NCBI GenBank assembly: GCA_964016885.1
Contig: OZ024746.1
Span: forward strand, 11,842,001-11,906,000
Reading direction: 5' to 3'
Source of the DNA: Eledone cirrhosa
Taxonomy: Eukaryota
Length of the DNA stretch: 64,000 nt
Within the stretch, counting starts at the first letter, position 1, and every line of letters begins with the position of its first letter. This document shows, piece by piece, positions 13,690 to 25,387 of the stretch. A program made the position numbers and the translations under genes. Under the pieces are notes generated by a model, which saw nothing but the letters and a program-made list of their open reading frames with translations, searched no databases and had not been told where the DNA came from.

Positions 13690-15389
13690 CGCCTCCGCCT
13701 CCAGTTTTAAACATCACCTTATCGAGCCTACTCCCCTTCGCTGGTATCTTACATTACCTCCCTCCTCCTCCTTCAATACTATTAACCAACCGATGCCGTC
13801 TGTGTGGAACAAACATATACAGCGAAGTCCCTTTTATTTTAATAGGCCGTTCAGATTGAAAACTATGTTTCATATAGAGAGAGACAGTCAGGCAAAGAAA
13901 GAGAGAGAAAGAGCGTAGCCTATCTCTCCAATCTCCCTTGTGAAATAGTGAGAGGGGAAAGAAGCAACAAAGAGAGCGCTACTAAGTCAGTGAGAGAGGG
14001 GATGAAAGTAGGACTGTAGTAAATTAGTAAAGGCAGTAGAGAGAGTGAAGGGTAGCAGTAAGAGGCACTATAGCCATCACGTCACCCCCTGCACCAGCAA
14101 GCTTATGTAGCAGCAACGATATAAGCGACACACACGCACCCATCCACCTTCGTATACATACAAGGCACGTAGGTACACACGCGCGCGCGACATCGCCCGT
14201 CACCGCCGTCGCCAGCTCTTCACTAAGCGTAGCAGTGGGCAACAGTAGTAGTAGTAGTAGTGGTATTAACATTAATATTACTACGCTGCCGCCACCGCTG
14301 CTACTACCACTAGAAGTAAGCAGGCATACAACAGTACAATATCTAGAGCCGCCACTATAAGCAGCAATAGCAGAGAGCGCCGTGTACAGCAGCCGACCAG
14401 CTGCCACCACCATCACCACTAACTCCTACCTCCACCACAATCGCCGCCACCATCATCATTTTGGTACAGTCCATTACTACATCACCGCCGCCACTACCGT
14501 TTGCACACAGTATATTGCTTGCTTACACCACCACCATCACAAGAAAACCCGCCAGCTCCTTCTTCATCAAGCGCCAATTTTCTCTTCATAACAGCCAGTA
14601 TATATCGACAGGATTTTTTTAAAACGAGATAGAAAAAGAGGAAACCAAAATCTAGGATAAATTTACAAAAAAAAAAAAAAAGAAAATTAAATTACTTAAA
14701 AAAAAATATAAAACGGATTAAATATATAAGAACAAGTTCAAAAAATAGTTATCTAAAATCACTTCAATTTTATGAAAAATATGTAATAAATGTTTCACCA
14801 TTCGAAATGCGCCATAGTTTTTTTGGTTGCTTGCCATCTACAAGAAACATTGGAGGAATGAATGAATACTCAATCAGTTTTAAACAATCAAGTGAGTAAA
14901 ATTAATTCCATTAAGTTGTTTAAAATAAAACTATTAATCTGAAGTGAAAAACGCCACACAAGAGTTTTTCTCCGTCGGTCACATTATCTTGGTCGTTGGT
15001 TGGATATACTCACTATTCTCCATCTCTCTCACTCACTCCCTCACTCAGGCATTAACCACCCTCACTCACTTAGGTAAGTGACTCTCTCTCTATATATACA
15101 TATATTACTACTTCAACCGGCCGTCCACCGCTCACTTGCTCTGTCGGCGGGACCGAAAAAGGTAAGGGAGAGCGCAGGCGCATAACTACTAATACGCATC
15201 TTCGTTAACGTCCGGACATTAACGGAAGTTACCGAAAGTTGAAATAAGAGCATCCGGGCAGTTGCGGAAGTTCTCGAGACTGGACGAATTATTCCGGAAG
15301 TTTCCGAAATTTGACGGCATCTATTTCCTTCTTGAGAAGGGAGATAAGTAATATTGTGAGGAAGTTAAACCGCCAACAATCACAGGAAC
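13690..15389 (+). promoter_or_regulatory. CpG-rich promoter / 5' leader region of the HMGB gene
   Basis: Marked local rise in GC and CpG (e.g. GCGCGCGCG near 14180), CCAAT near 13928, CRE-like CACGTCAC near 14078, CGGAAGT ETS-type motifs at 15223, 15265, 15295. TSS cannot be placed from sequence. Confidence 0.65.
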
Positions 15390-16067
15390 ATGATGAGCAA
15401 TTACAGTTATACGGAAATGGCGCGGATGAATGTTGTGGAACCTCCGCGGCGGAAAAAGCGTTTGCAGGACGCTAACAAGCCAAAGAGGTCCACATCGGCG
15501 TATTTCTATTTTATGGCCAGTTGCAGGGAACAAGCGGCCAGAGCTGGGACCCAAATTACCAAAGTTACGGAGTTTACCAAAGAATGCTCTGCAAGATGGA
15601 GGAATTTCTCAGCCGTGGAAAAAAAACCGTTCGAAGAAAAAGCCGCTCTGGACAAGGCACGTTATGATCGCGAAATGGCTCAGTACAAAGGCAAAGACAT
15701 GGTTGACCCGAACAAGCCAAAACGGCCGCAGACTTCATATTTTCTATTCTTGGCCGAGTTCCGGAAAATGATGCAGGGTAAACTTGACCATAAAGACATT
15801 CTGCGGAAGGCAGGGGAGCAGTGGCGAAACATGACTGATGAACAAAAGAAACCCTTTGAAATAAAAAGTCAGGAAGAAGCCAAGAAATACGAAATTGCTA
15901 TGGCTGAGTACCGAAAGCGACAAGGGGGTGTTGTGATGCTCGACGGCGGTCCCGAGGAGAAAAGAACAAAGATAGAAGCTGGTGTGGTTGGGTATGGGGA
16001 AGATGTCGAGGAGGAAGAGTTGGACGACGAAGATGATGAAGAGGGAGATGAAGAAGATGACGAATGA
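15390..16067 (+). CDS. HMGB: High-mobility-group box B-type protein (two HMG boxes plus acidic C-terminal tail), 225 aa, single-exon CDS
   Basis: Box A DANKPKRSTSAYFYF...CSARW...EKKPFEEKAALDKARYDREM; box B DPNKPKRPQTSYFLF...GEQWRNMTDEQKKPFE...KKYEIAMAEY; tail EEEELDDEDDEEGDEEDDE; in-frame TAA upstream at 15366. Exact paralogue name cannot be assigned. Confidence 0.96.
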   Translation: MMSNYSYTEMARMNVVEPPRRKKRLQDANKPKRSTSAYFYFMASCREQAARAGTQITKVTEFTKECSARWRNFSAVEKKPFEEKAALDKARYDREMAQYKGKDMVDPNKPKRPQTSYFLFLAEFRKMMQGKLDHKDILRKAGEQWRNMTDEQKKPFEIKSQEEAKKYEIAMAEYRKRQGGVVMLDGGPEEKRTKIEAGVVGYGEDVEEEELDDEDDEEGDEEDDE

Positions 16068-18898
16068 AGGAAGGACAGAGAGATTTGAGAGATAACGCTC
16101 ACAAACAAAAAGGCGGGGGGTATAAAAAAAAAACAATTCCTTTTTCTTTCTCGAATTCATTTGGTAATAATTTTTTTCTCTAAATCTTAACTTGAGAGTA
16201 ATTAAAAAAAAAAAATAAATAAACAAACAACTTCGAAAACAGCACTTCAGGCAAATCATCTTTAAGATTTTAGTTTAAAAACAAACTTTGAAAAAAAAAA
16301 GAGATCTTTCATTCTCTCTCTCCTCTCCTTCTGAAGAAGAAACCTAATTTATTTTTTAAAAACTGTCGTCGTCTTCATCTTACCTCTTCGTTCACTTTGT
16401 TGATGCGAAGGGAAAATAATAACATTTTGTTATGTTTTTGTTTGCTCTTCCCAAATTTGCATCCTTGAAGTCTGCCTTTTCTTTCTATCCTCTCCCCTTA
16501 CTAACAACCATGTCACCGTTATTTTTGTTTCTTTCCTCCTTAGTTTTCTGACTGAGAAATATTCTGAGTCAAATATTATTGCATACTTCTAACGTTGGCT
16601 CAAAATATTTCTAGTCAAAATTTCAAGTAAATATGTATTTTTTAATATATATTTATATATATATATATTAATATATGTATATATATATATATATATTAGT
16701 CTTTGATCATCGCTACTTAACCCTTATTCAGCAAAAAGAAAAAAAAATGAAACAAAACAGCCAAAATTTATATTATAACAATGTGGCAATTGGTAGAACG
16801 GATTTGATGAACATAAAATACGAAAGAAAAATATACCAAATTCTCATAAAAGTGAATTGGAATGAGCTAAAACGGAAGACTTCTTCAACAGGAATCAAAA
16901 ATGTTAAGTTTGTTCTTCAAAGGTATAAAGGAGTCTTTTTTTTTTTTTGTTTTTTCTGTGAACATTATTGAATCCAGTGACTTGAAAAGAAAAAAAAAAA
17001 TACAAACATAGACAACATTTTCTTTTTCCGGCAAGAGAAATTGTATTTCTTGCCCGGCCGATCGTTGTTGAGACGTTTGGCTGGACATTATCATCTCTCT
17101 CAAGTGCAGCATCTGCATCCGACCTGCCTTTGTCTCCTACAGACTTCTTGTGTTGTTTCTACCAATGACTATTTTCCCAGCTCCCCTTAACAAAAAAAAA
17201 AAGAATTAATCCATCGCTCCACACAACCACCAAACAAAACACCAGTTAATTTATAGGGGTCATTTAGATGTTTCTCAGAATGTTCTCGTTTTTTTTCTAT
17301 CTATACCTTCATTTCTTTCTAAAGTTTTATATATCTGCATTATCATTTGTAAGGGTCAATCAATATTAAGAGAATCTTGAAGGTAAGCAAAATACATCCT
17401 CACTAACCACATTCCTTAAAACAACTTAAAATAAAATACAAGCAAAGCGATTTTTTTTTTTATTTTTTTTTTTTTTTTATTATTATTATTATTTTAGCGA
17501 GATATATTTAAGGAAAATTGAATACTGAGAAAGAAAAAGAATTTAAGATGAAAAATTTATATTAAAAAAAATCCCCCCCTCCATCTTAAAGAAAAAAAGC
17601 GGGAGTTTACGATCTTCCGCGTTTTTCTTTTTTTTTTTTTTTTTTTTTTGCTGATGTAAATAGATTTTTTTAGAAAGAGTAAATATTAAAAAAATTCAAA
17701 AGCACAACAAAAAAATTATAAAATACCCCCTTCAAAAATCTTCAAAAAAAAAATTATGCAATACAAACTAAATATCAACTCATTCATTTCAAGCTAATCT
17801 GGACACTATGTGTGGACATTAATTTTTTTTTCCCTCTGCATTTTTACAAATAAAAAAAAAAAAACAGGAAGGGATTGTTTTTTTTTTTTTGTTTTTTTTT
17901 TTATTTCGTTAAAAATGCTGTCTGCTAGGCTATGTCTCGGTTATTTAATGACCACATGCAGTGAGTAATGTGCTCTGTGGTAGCTGTGTATATATATATT
18001 TACCTTTTTTTTTTTTTTTGTCATGTATCATTATAGACTCTTCTATTTTTTTTTTTTTTTAATTACTTACAATTAGCCCTATTATACTCCAATTCTATTA
18101 TTTCCTCCTCTTCTGTTTATTTTTGTTGTTGTTGCGAGCGCCGTAGAGTATAGGGTGAACCTCCGACGTACCGAGTTCCTCAATTTCGGTTCGAGGTTGA
18201 AGCAGTTTTTACTCTTCGTCGCATAGAAATGGCATGAGCGCCAGGAAATCTTCTTTTCCTCTTTCCTCTCTTCTTGTAGAATCTTTTAAACAACATTTTT
18301 TATTTCCTTCTCCCTTTATTTTTTCCTCGTCATTTTCAATCATTATTCATCCATCGTGTGTCTATATGAAAAAAAAAAAGAAAATAACAAATATCAACTA
18401 AGTTGTACTGTTATATTAACTGCCATTTAAAAAGTAAACAAGAAGCTTAATTTAAACATAGACTACTTAACTACTTGCTGGTTGCGAAGATGTTTCTACA
18501 GATGTCGAGCATTAAGGAACTGTTTACAAAGGAAGTCTTACCCTTAATTCCGTCAGCACACAACACTCGGGTCCATGTGTGTGTCTCTCTATACACTTTG
18601 TGTCGTGGCGAGGGGAGGAGAAATATCTTCCACGGTACACTTAAAACCCCTCCTGTTTTTTTAAGCCCCTATATATATCTACCTCTATTCTCTCCTTACG
18701 ATGACAATAGAAATAATATTGTTTGGGACAATAATTAGGATTAAAGTAAATAATTGTAAGTTAAAAATTAGTTAAACATCTCTTTTAGGTAGAACAACGA
18801 ATAATTGAATACCAAACCAAAAATGTTAGATGCTTCAAGGTGTTTTTTTTTTCTTTTTTTTCTTTCTCTTAATTGGTCCTTTTTTAAGTTTATTCATG

Positions 18899-18904
18899 AA
18901 TAAA
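18899..18904 (+). terminator. Candidate polyadenylation signal of HMGB (3' UTR about 2.8 kb)
   Basis: AATAAA followed by T-rich and GT-rich tracts, at the end of the poly(A)/poly(T)-run-rich UTR-like sequence. Confidence 0.5.
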
Positions 18905-18989
18905 ACTTTTTATATGATTTACTTGTTTCTCATTATATATATAAAGTTCTAAAGGTTCTTTAATTTAATTTTGTCAACTAACTTGTTTG

Positions 18990-19022
<33 letters not shown>

Positions 19023-19788
19023 TGTGTTTGAAAGTAGTAATGTTGGTTTCACGGTTAACTAGCCTTTGGAAAACGAAACCACCTAAAGATATATGAATTA
19101 AAGGTTTTCAAGTGATGTATGACTAAATTCATTATTTTTATCCGATATATATACACACATACACATACATAACTGTTGGCTTTCCAAATTAAACGACTAA
19201 TTTAGTGTTGAGAATTTGCTAACCTTCCTATAGACAGAATTTGTGTAAATCTATCAAGTGTCAACAAAATAGTTGAGGGCGTTAGTTATGCTGTAAGAAA
19301 TTAGGGTTCTATTCCTGTTCCCTGAATCTTCATCTAAAGAATATACAATATACATTTTCATTGATCTTACTGTTTTGTATTTTCTTTTTTTATTTTATCC
19401 TTTCATTTTTCGCCCATATTTTAGTTAAGCATTTTCATAACCATCCACAATTCCTTAGAGTCTAATGATTCTATTTCCCTTGCTATGTAAACTGCTGATT
19501 TTTAACATCGTATGGTTGATGTTTTTGGAAGGTTTGGGGGGGGGGGGGACTTAAACTAATTTATTTTAATTGATTTGTAGGTGGATATTTCTGTTTGAAT
19601 TTGCATACATTTCATATTTGGAACAGCCTGAAAGAAAGTATGTTGTTTTATTATATATGAATATATATTTAGGGTTGACTAAGCTCTTTAGATTTCAAGG
19701 TTTGTGGAATGAGATATCACACTAGAAAGATGTGATGTTTTCTGGTTTCCTCTTTATAGAAGGAAAAAGAATAGTCAGAAATTTGATT

Positions 19789-19824
<36 letters not shown>

Positions 19825-22686
19825 CCTCCAAATTTGATTTTTTTTTTTTTTTTTTTTTTTTTCAGTTTTTATAAATATAAAAAGATATCAAAGATAAACA
19901 GGAATTATCTGAATTGAGTCCATAACTTCTAAATGTCTTCTTCGGATTATTTACTGTCCTTTTGTAAATAAATTCGGTACTATTCAGTTAGGTTATGTTG
20001 ACTGCATTCCTTTGTGTGTATGTACATATATTATATATATGCATACATGTACATAAATAGCGGTTATCTTGCTTAATAAAAGTGCCATTTCTTTCCGAGT
20101 CAGCATTATCTGGTCAGATTAAGACATACAGTGGTAGTTCAGGAATGAATGGCTGTGTTCAGCTTTTACCAACAGGTAAACGTGCCTTGGGGCGAGGTTA
20201 ACTTCTGCAGCGGTTGAGGTTTGACCCATGCACTCGATGTAAATTCTAGTTTTTTTTTTTATATATATACAAATCATTTTGGACATTGAGTTTATAGAAA
20301 TATATTTCTAGACTTTGTTTTTCAGCATTTTATCCCAATATGTTTACCTACAGGGTACATGGATAGAATCGATGGTAATATCTGCTGCTTCTGAATCCGT
20401 CATTCTTATATGAAAATGGCAACCAATTATGATACTCAACAGTCAGGTTTCTGTATCTTATGAGTGCTCTATAAGTACCAATTTATCTTGAATATTCTGC
20501 AGCTAATATTATCGATCTCTAAAAATAATGAATAGTCAAGGTAGTTATAAAAATAGAATCGAAGGGGCCTCTGAATTATGTGTTCAGAATCAACTGGGTA
20601 CCTGATTACACTCCAACGATAAAGGAAGTTATACTGAACTGATCTTGTTTCTAAAAATTAGTTAACTAGGGCTCGGTGAAGTATGTTTTCCATTCCAGCA
20701 ATATAGAGGCCGATTCATCATATCTATCCAAGACCTGCATTGCTAACAAATTTAGAGTTAAACATTTGTAATATTCTGCCAATGTCAACTTTAGTATGGT
20801 TCAGTTGTCTTCTCTTTGTTCCAGTTCTCATTTATTTTAAACGGCTACTTCCATTTCTTATGACGTTTGTTTCCTTCATCTTTACTGAGCTTTTGTCAGG
20901 ACATCTCTTCTCTTCACTGGTGTTTTCTTGGTCTTTCTCTTCTGTTGACCTATGGTAAACAAGGATGGGGAATTCTCAGTTTGCTAAGTGGAGGAGAGTG
21001 AGAAGAAATTCTAGCTAACATCAAGCATTTGACAATGTAGTTTACCTGACTATTGCAATTCTACTTTATTTTTTTAGAGGAGTCCATAAACATAAGTTGT
21101 TCACTTAGACATTTTAATGTTCACTGAATTGCATGAAATCTTAGTATATTCATTAATGGTTAGTTCAATGTTATGGGCAATTGTCTTCCATACTTTAAAA
21201 AATTTTTATTTTTATTAATTTTTCTGTTTCAGCTAAATGAAACTGATTGAGAAAATAGATGAGAGTTGGTAAAAAAAAAAAATGAAAAAAATAATTTTTT
21301 CTAAGATTTCTGAAGCAATAAGTACTTGCTAGTTGTACTTCTCTTTGGGAATGCCTGAGATCTGACTAGATCTTCAGTATCCTGTTGTATAAGTTGTATA
21401 TGCTTTCATTGTGCACCATCTCAATGACGATGATAAACCTCTGTGCTGCCGTAATCGTGGGACCGGTGATCTTTGGTCCTGGACTTGTATTTGTCATGGT
21501 TAATAAAGATTTCATTTGTCCAACTCAATATCTCACCTCTTTTACTCTTTAGACCAGTTAAAGGGAGGGTTTATAGAGTAGATGGCTTGCCAAAAAAAAA
21601 AAAAAAGGCCTCATGCAACCACATTTTGTGGAACTGTTGTATCAAAGAATAAATACAACCAATATAGCACGGACATTTTCTTGTTTTCTTTTTTTTCCCT
21701 CCTCTGAGTGGCCATATATCTTGTTGGCCAAGGGTTTACTTGAATGTCAGAAGTAGATCAATTTGTTGGGTGCTTTATTTCAGAATTGTTTTATTTTTCA
21801 GATGCTTGACTTTCATTTGAAACCCCCCCTTCATTGGACGAAATTATTAGTTATATTATCTAGATTAATAGAATATTACTTTTGTTTGTGTTTCATATAC
21901 AAATCCATTTAGTTTCTGCTTTTAGTTTAATTTCTAAATGTTTACCTTGTATTTATATACTACTAGGTATCAAGATATTGTGTATTGTATGCTAATTGTT
22001 GTTTTTCTTCATAACCTACTACATGTATTTATTTCACCATACAGCTCTTTAAGATTTCAATGAGAACATGGTCAAGCTACATTATTTATGCTAATGTTTT
22101 GATTTTTATTTAGACAAATAGCAACATCATTTGTCAATGTTTCCACTTACCATGTGGTAATTTAGTCAGTTTAGTTACTTAGTGCATTTTTTTTTTTTTA
22201 TGTGCATTTCATTAAAACCTTATATTCTGAATTGTTTTAAAACCCCAGCCCCCTATCATACAGAGAAATCATATAGAGTTTCTCTCAAGTTCTTGCATTG
22301 TCACATTTTTCTCATGTTTAGAAGGCAGGTTTCTTGCATGTACCAGGACACTTAACTTATATAACCCATATAAATACCTCTCCATTTTTACCACATGACA
22401 AGACTGCCTGTGAGACAAGAAATATTACCTCTCAAGACACATGAGTTTACTTCTGTCTTTTCAATGACATTTCGTTTTAATACTTGATTGGATGACATGG
22501 AAGTCTTGATTGGTTTATATTTTTGCAGTTTCTGAGCAAAATAAATCCTGAGGTGTGTTCTCTAAAAAGTTGACTAGATAAAGATGGTTAACCCCAGCTA
22601 GGATGTATATTATCAATTACGACAAGTGAAAGTATTCATTACATTTTGTAATTCATTCTACAATATTACATGATAAACACTTCATC

Positions 22687-22692
22687 AATAAA
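22687..22692 (+). terminator. Candidate distal polyadenylation signal
   Basis: AATAAA with downstream TTTTTATTTCTTTT and TTGTTTGTGTGTTT elements; TE insertions resume about 600 bp later. Confidence 0.4.
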
Positions 22693-23298
22693 ATGGTAAT
22701 TGTCAAAACTTGAATGATTTTTATTTCTTTTAATTGATTTCATTGTTTGTGTGTTTAAATGTTTCCCCAATTTCAACAGGAAATAGTCAACTTCAAGAGC
22801 AACATGGAAGTTTGATTCCAATTTGAAGCTACATATTTTCATAACTCACTGGTTTCACATCAGAGTAATTATTTATACTCTTAGAAATATATGATCCTAT
22901 TGATGCAACTTTCTCACTGATAATGGTTTTGATTTCATTAGCAGTATTGTACTCATGCATTATGTAATATCAGAAACGACTATGATATTGGCTTAAAAAC
23001 TCAGGTTTTCAGTTATATTCTTTCAGAAATTCTAAAGCAATTATTTTTATCACATAAAAGTTGTCTTTGACGAAAATATGCTGCCAGCATTGCAAATAAA
23101 TTAATAATGTTAATGTGAAGACATGTTTTCATTATCATTTATCCATGTTAGGATGGGTCATTACATAGGTTCCAGTTATATATATATTATACGTAATATT
23201 AAAATTTGTCATGAATATACATGTCATCTCAATTGAGGTAAACATATATATATAGAATATCGTTCCCTAGGGATATACACAACCTCAAGCCACTTAAC

Positions 23299-23590
23299 CC
23301 TTTCATATTTACATTACTCTATATATACTATTGTATTTTCAACCTCACAATATTGAATCTGAGATTTCGATATTATTTATTGGATTGGCAGTATCGGTAG
23401 AGGGTCGAATTTCATGCTTTGACGCATAGTTACGGCCCTTTCCAATCCGAGTTTAACTTTACCTTTCATCCTTACAGGGTTGATCAAATAAAGTACCAGT
23501 AATTGCTGGCCTTGTGCCAAAAGTAGAACCAGCCAGTTTGAACGGGCAGATATGATAGAATTCAGGCCGGATATGGTCGGTTTAAAGGTT
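23299..23590 (-). mobile_element. Family A MITE interrupted by a SINE
   Basis: TTAACCCTTTCATATTTACATTACTC left end, MITE interior resumes near 23530 and ends AAAGGTTAA. Confidence 0.7.
23381..23530 (+). mobile_element. tRNA-derived SINE (same family as 9226 and 25207), internally deleted, nested in the MITE
   Basis: GGATTGGCAGTATCGGTAGAGGGTCG...CCTTTCATCCTTACAGGGTTGATC...GTACCAGT is the reverse complement of 25207-25387. Confidence 0.85.
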
Positions 23591-24165
23591 AAACAAGGAT
23601 TTTGGTCAGGCTCATGTTTAAATTGCTTGAGAATGTAGATCCCAAGGGATTTTATCGACCCATCAGTGATATGTATAAGATATATCATCACCGTTTTACG
23701 TCCATTCTTCCATGCTAGCATGGGTTAGACGGGTTGTCCTGTTGTGGGCAGTAGCCGGTCGGCTGACCATGCCTTGCTCATACGGGAACTGATTCTGACT
23801 TGATTTCTACAGCTGGATGCCTTTCCTAACACTAACCTCATTTACAGTGAGTGCTGGGTGCTTTTTTTTTTTTCCATGGGGCCTACACATATATATAATC
23901 TCACTCAACATTGAAAGGCTTCTGTCTAAATTCACTGGCAGTCTCTTTCACTTGGAATATACTATTTATTAGTTCAGAAGCTGGCTGGAATTTGTAACAT
24001 GTGTAAAAAAAAAAAAATGTTTATATATGGGTATGAAATGTCAATTTTCTGTTAGTGTGTAACCTTACATTGCTTCTATTTTTTTTTTTTTTTGTTTCAA
24101 ATAATGATTGCATGGTTCACATGTGAGTGCAATGCAAATTATAGGATTGAAAAATTAGTCCTTAA

Positions 24166-24326
24166 CCCTTTAATGTTCTGTTGAAACTGGCTATAACTGG
24201 TTGCTCAAACTGATAAGGTATTGTTCTCAAAATAAATACTTTCAAAATCTCATTCAATATTATTGAGGTAAAGCCTTTACCATGAAAATATAATAGTATA
24301 TATAGAGTAATGTGAATACTAAAGGG
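24166..24326 (+). mobile_element. piggyBac-like MITE, family A (internally deleted)
   Basis: TTAA-CCCTTTAATG ... TACTAAAGGG-TTAA with both TTAA copies intact. Confidence 0.85.
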
Positions 24327-25206
24327 TTAATGTCATCAATCTTCAATAAAATTTATTTCAATCATTAGATACTTAAAAACAAAGATTGTCTGAATTGTAA
24401 ATATTAATAGAAAGTACTTTATTTTTTAAAATACTTCATACCAGAGATGTGAGGTTTTATCATTGTATTGTCTAGCTGTGTATATATATTAGAGATGTAC
24501 ATCTATTCCCGAAAATATAGTCTTGTATTCTGGCCTGGTATATAGTTTGTAGTTGACTTGGTTTAAAGTGGGCGTTTTGACTCCTCTACTAGTTGTGTTG
24601 GTGCCACAATAAAATGTGTCCAGTTTACTATGCAGGTAGCATTGCGACCACATAAAATGCACCCAATACACTTTGAAATGGTAGTGTTGGTACCATAAAT
24701 GCACCCAGCTGTAGGGATGTCGAAAATGGTATATGAGCATGGCATGGTTCCCCACTTTGACTTGTCTAGTCTCCCATGCAAGCGTGGATATAATCATGAT
24801 CATTCCATGCTGGCAAGGATTGGATGGCATATGATCCAAGAAAATAGTTTGGGTAACCATGTCTCGATGATTTTAAAACTTGACTGCTTGTCCTCACATG
24901 TGAACATGCAACAAAGAGTTGACCATGAGGAAAAAGACTTGGATTTGTCAATTCAACTCAGTAACCTAAGAGACTGCAAGATTTTGAATACTGGAAACTA
25001 TCATACATAAAATGAAAATATCTCCCTTGGCATAATCAGTCATATTGGTGGCTTCAATCATCAAGTCTGACACTTACAGAGTTGCTTCATCCAAATTCCA
25101 TAGTTTCACAAATGTTCCCACTTTCGTTTACATATTGTAGGTTGAAGAGATTGGAGAAACTCTGTTGAATAATTGACAGCATTATTTACATTGTTAATCA
25201 ATTAAT

Positions 25207-25387
25207 TGTTTCTATTATTGGCACAAGGCCAGCAATTACCCAGTACATTACTGGTACTTTATTTTATCGACCCCCGTAAGGATGAAAGGCAAAGTTAACC
25301 TCGGCGGGATTTGAACTCAGAATGGCAAGGGCCGTAACTCTATGCGTCAAAGCATGGCGTCCGACCCTCTACCGATACTGCCAATCC
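25207..25387 (-). mobile_element. Young tRNA-derived SINE with perfect 19-bp TSD
   Basis: TSD ACATTGTTAATCAATTAAT at 25188-25206 and 25388-25406; near-identical to 9226-9398. Confidence 0.92.

Noticed and set aside
14024-14591. 131-aa minus ORF and 69-aa plus ORF
   Set aside because: Low-complexity products of triplet repeats in the GC-rich promoter/leader; no recognisable domain.
15321-16259. ORFs overlapping HMGB (15321-15554, 15430-15771, 15744-16259, 15869-16108)
   Set aside because: Shadow frames of the real CDS.
18133-18223. SECIS interpretation (GTGA ... TGA flanking a helix; HMGB stop is TGA)
   Set aside because: The GA quartet is out of register by one base, apical adenosines are not properly placed, and the protein ends naturally at its acidic tail.
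19400-22560. Box C/D snoRNAs in the putative introns
   Set aside because: Only degenerate C boxes, without a correctly spaced CTGA and terminal stem.
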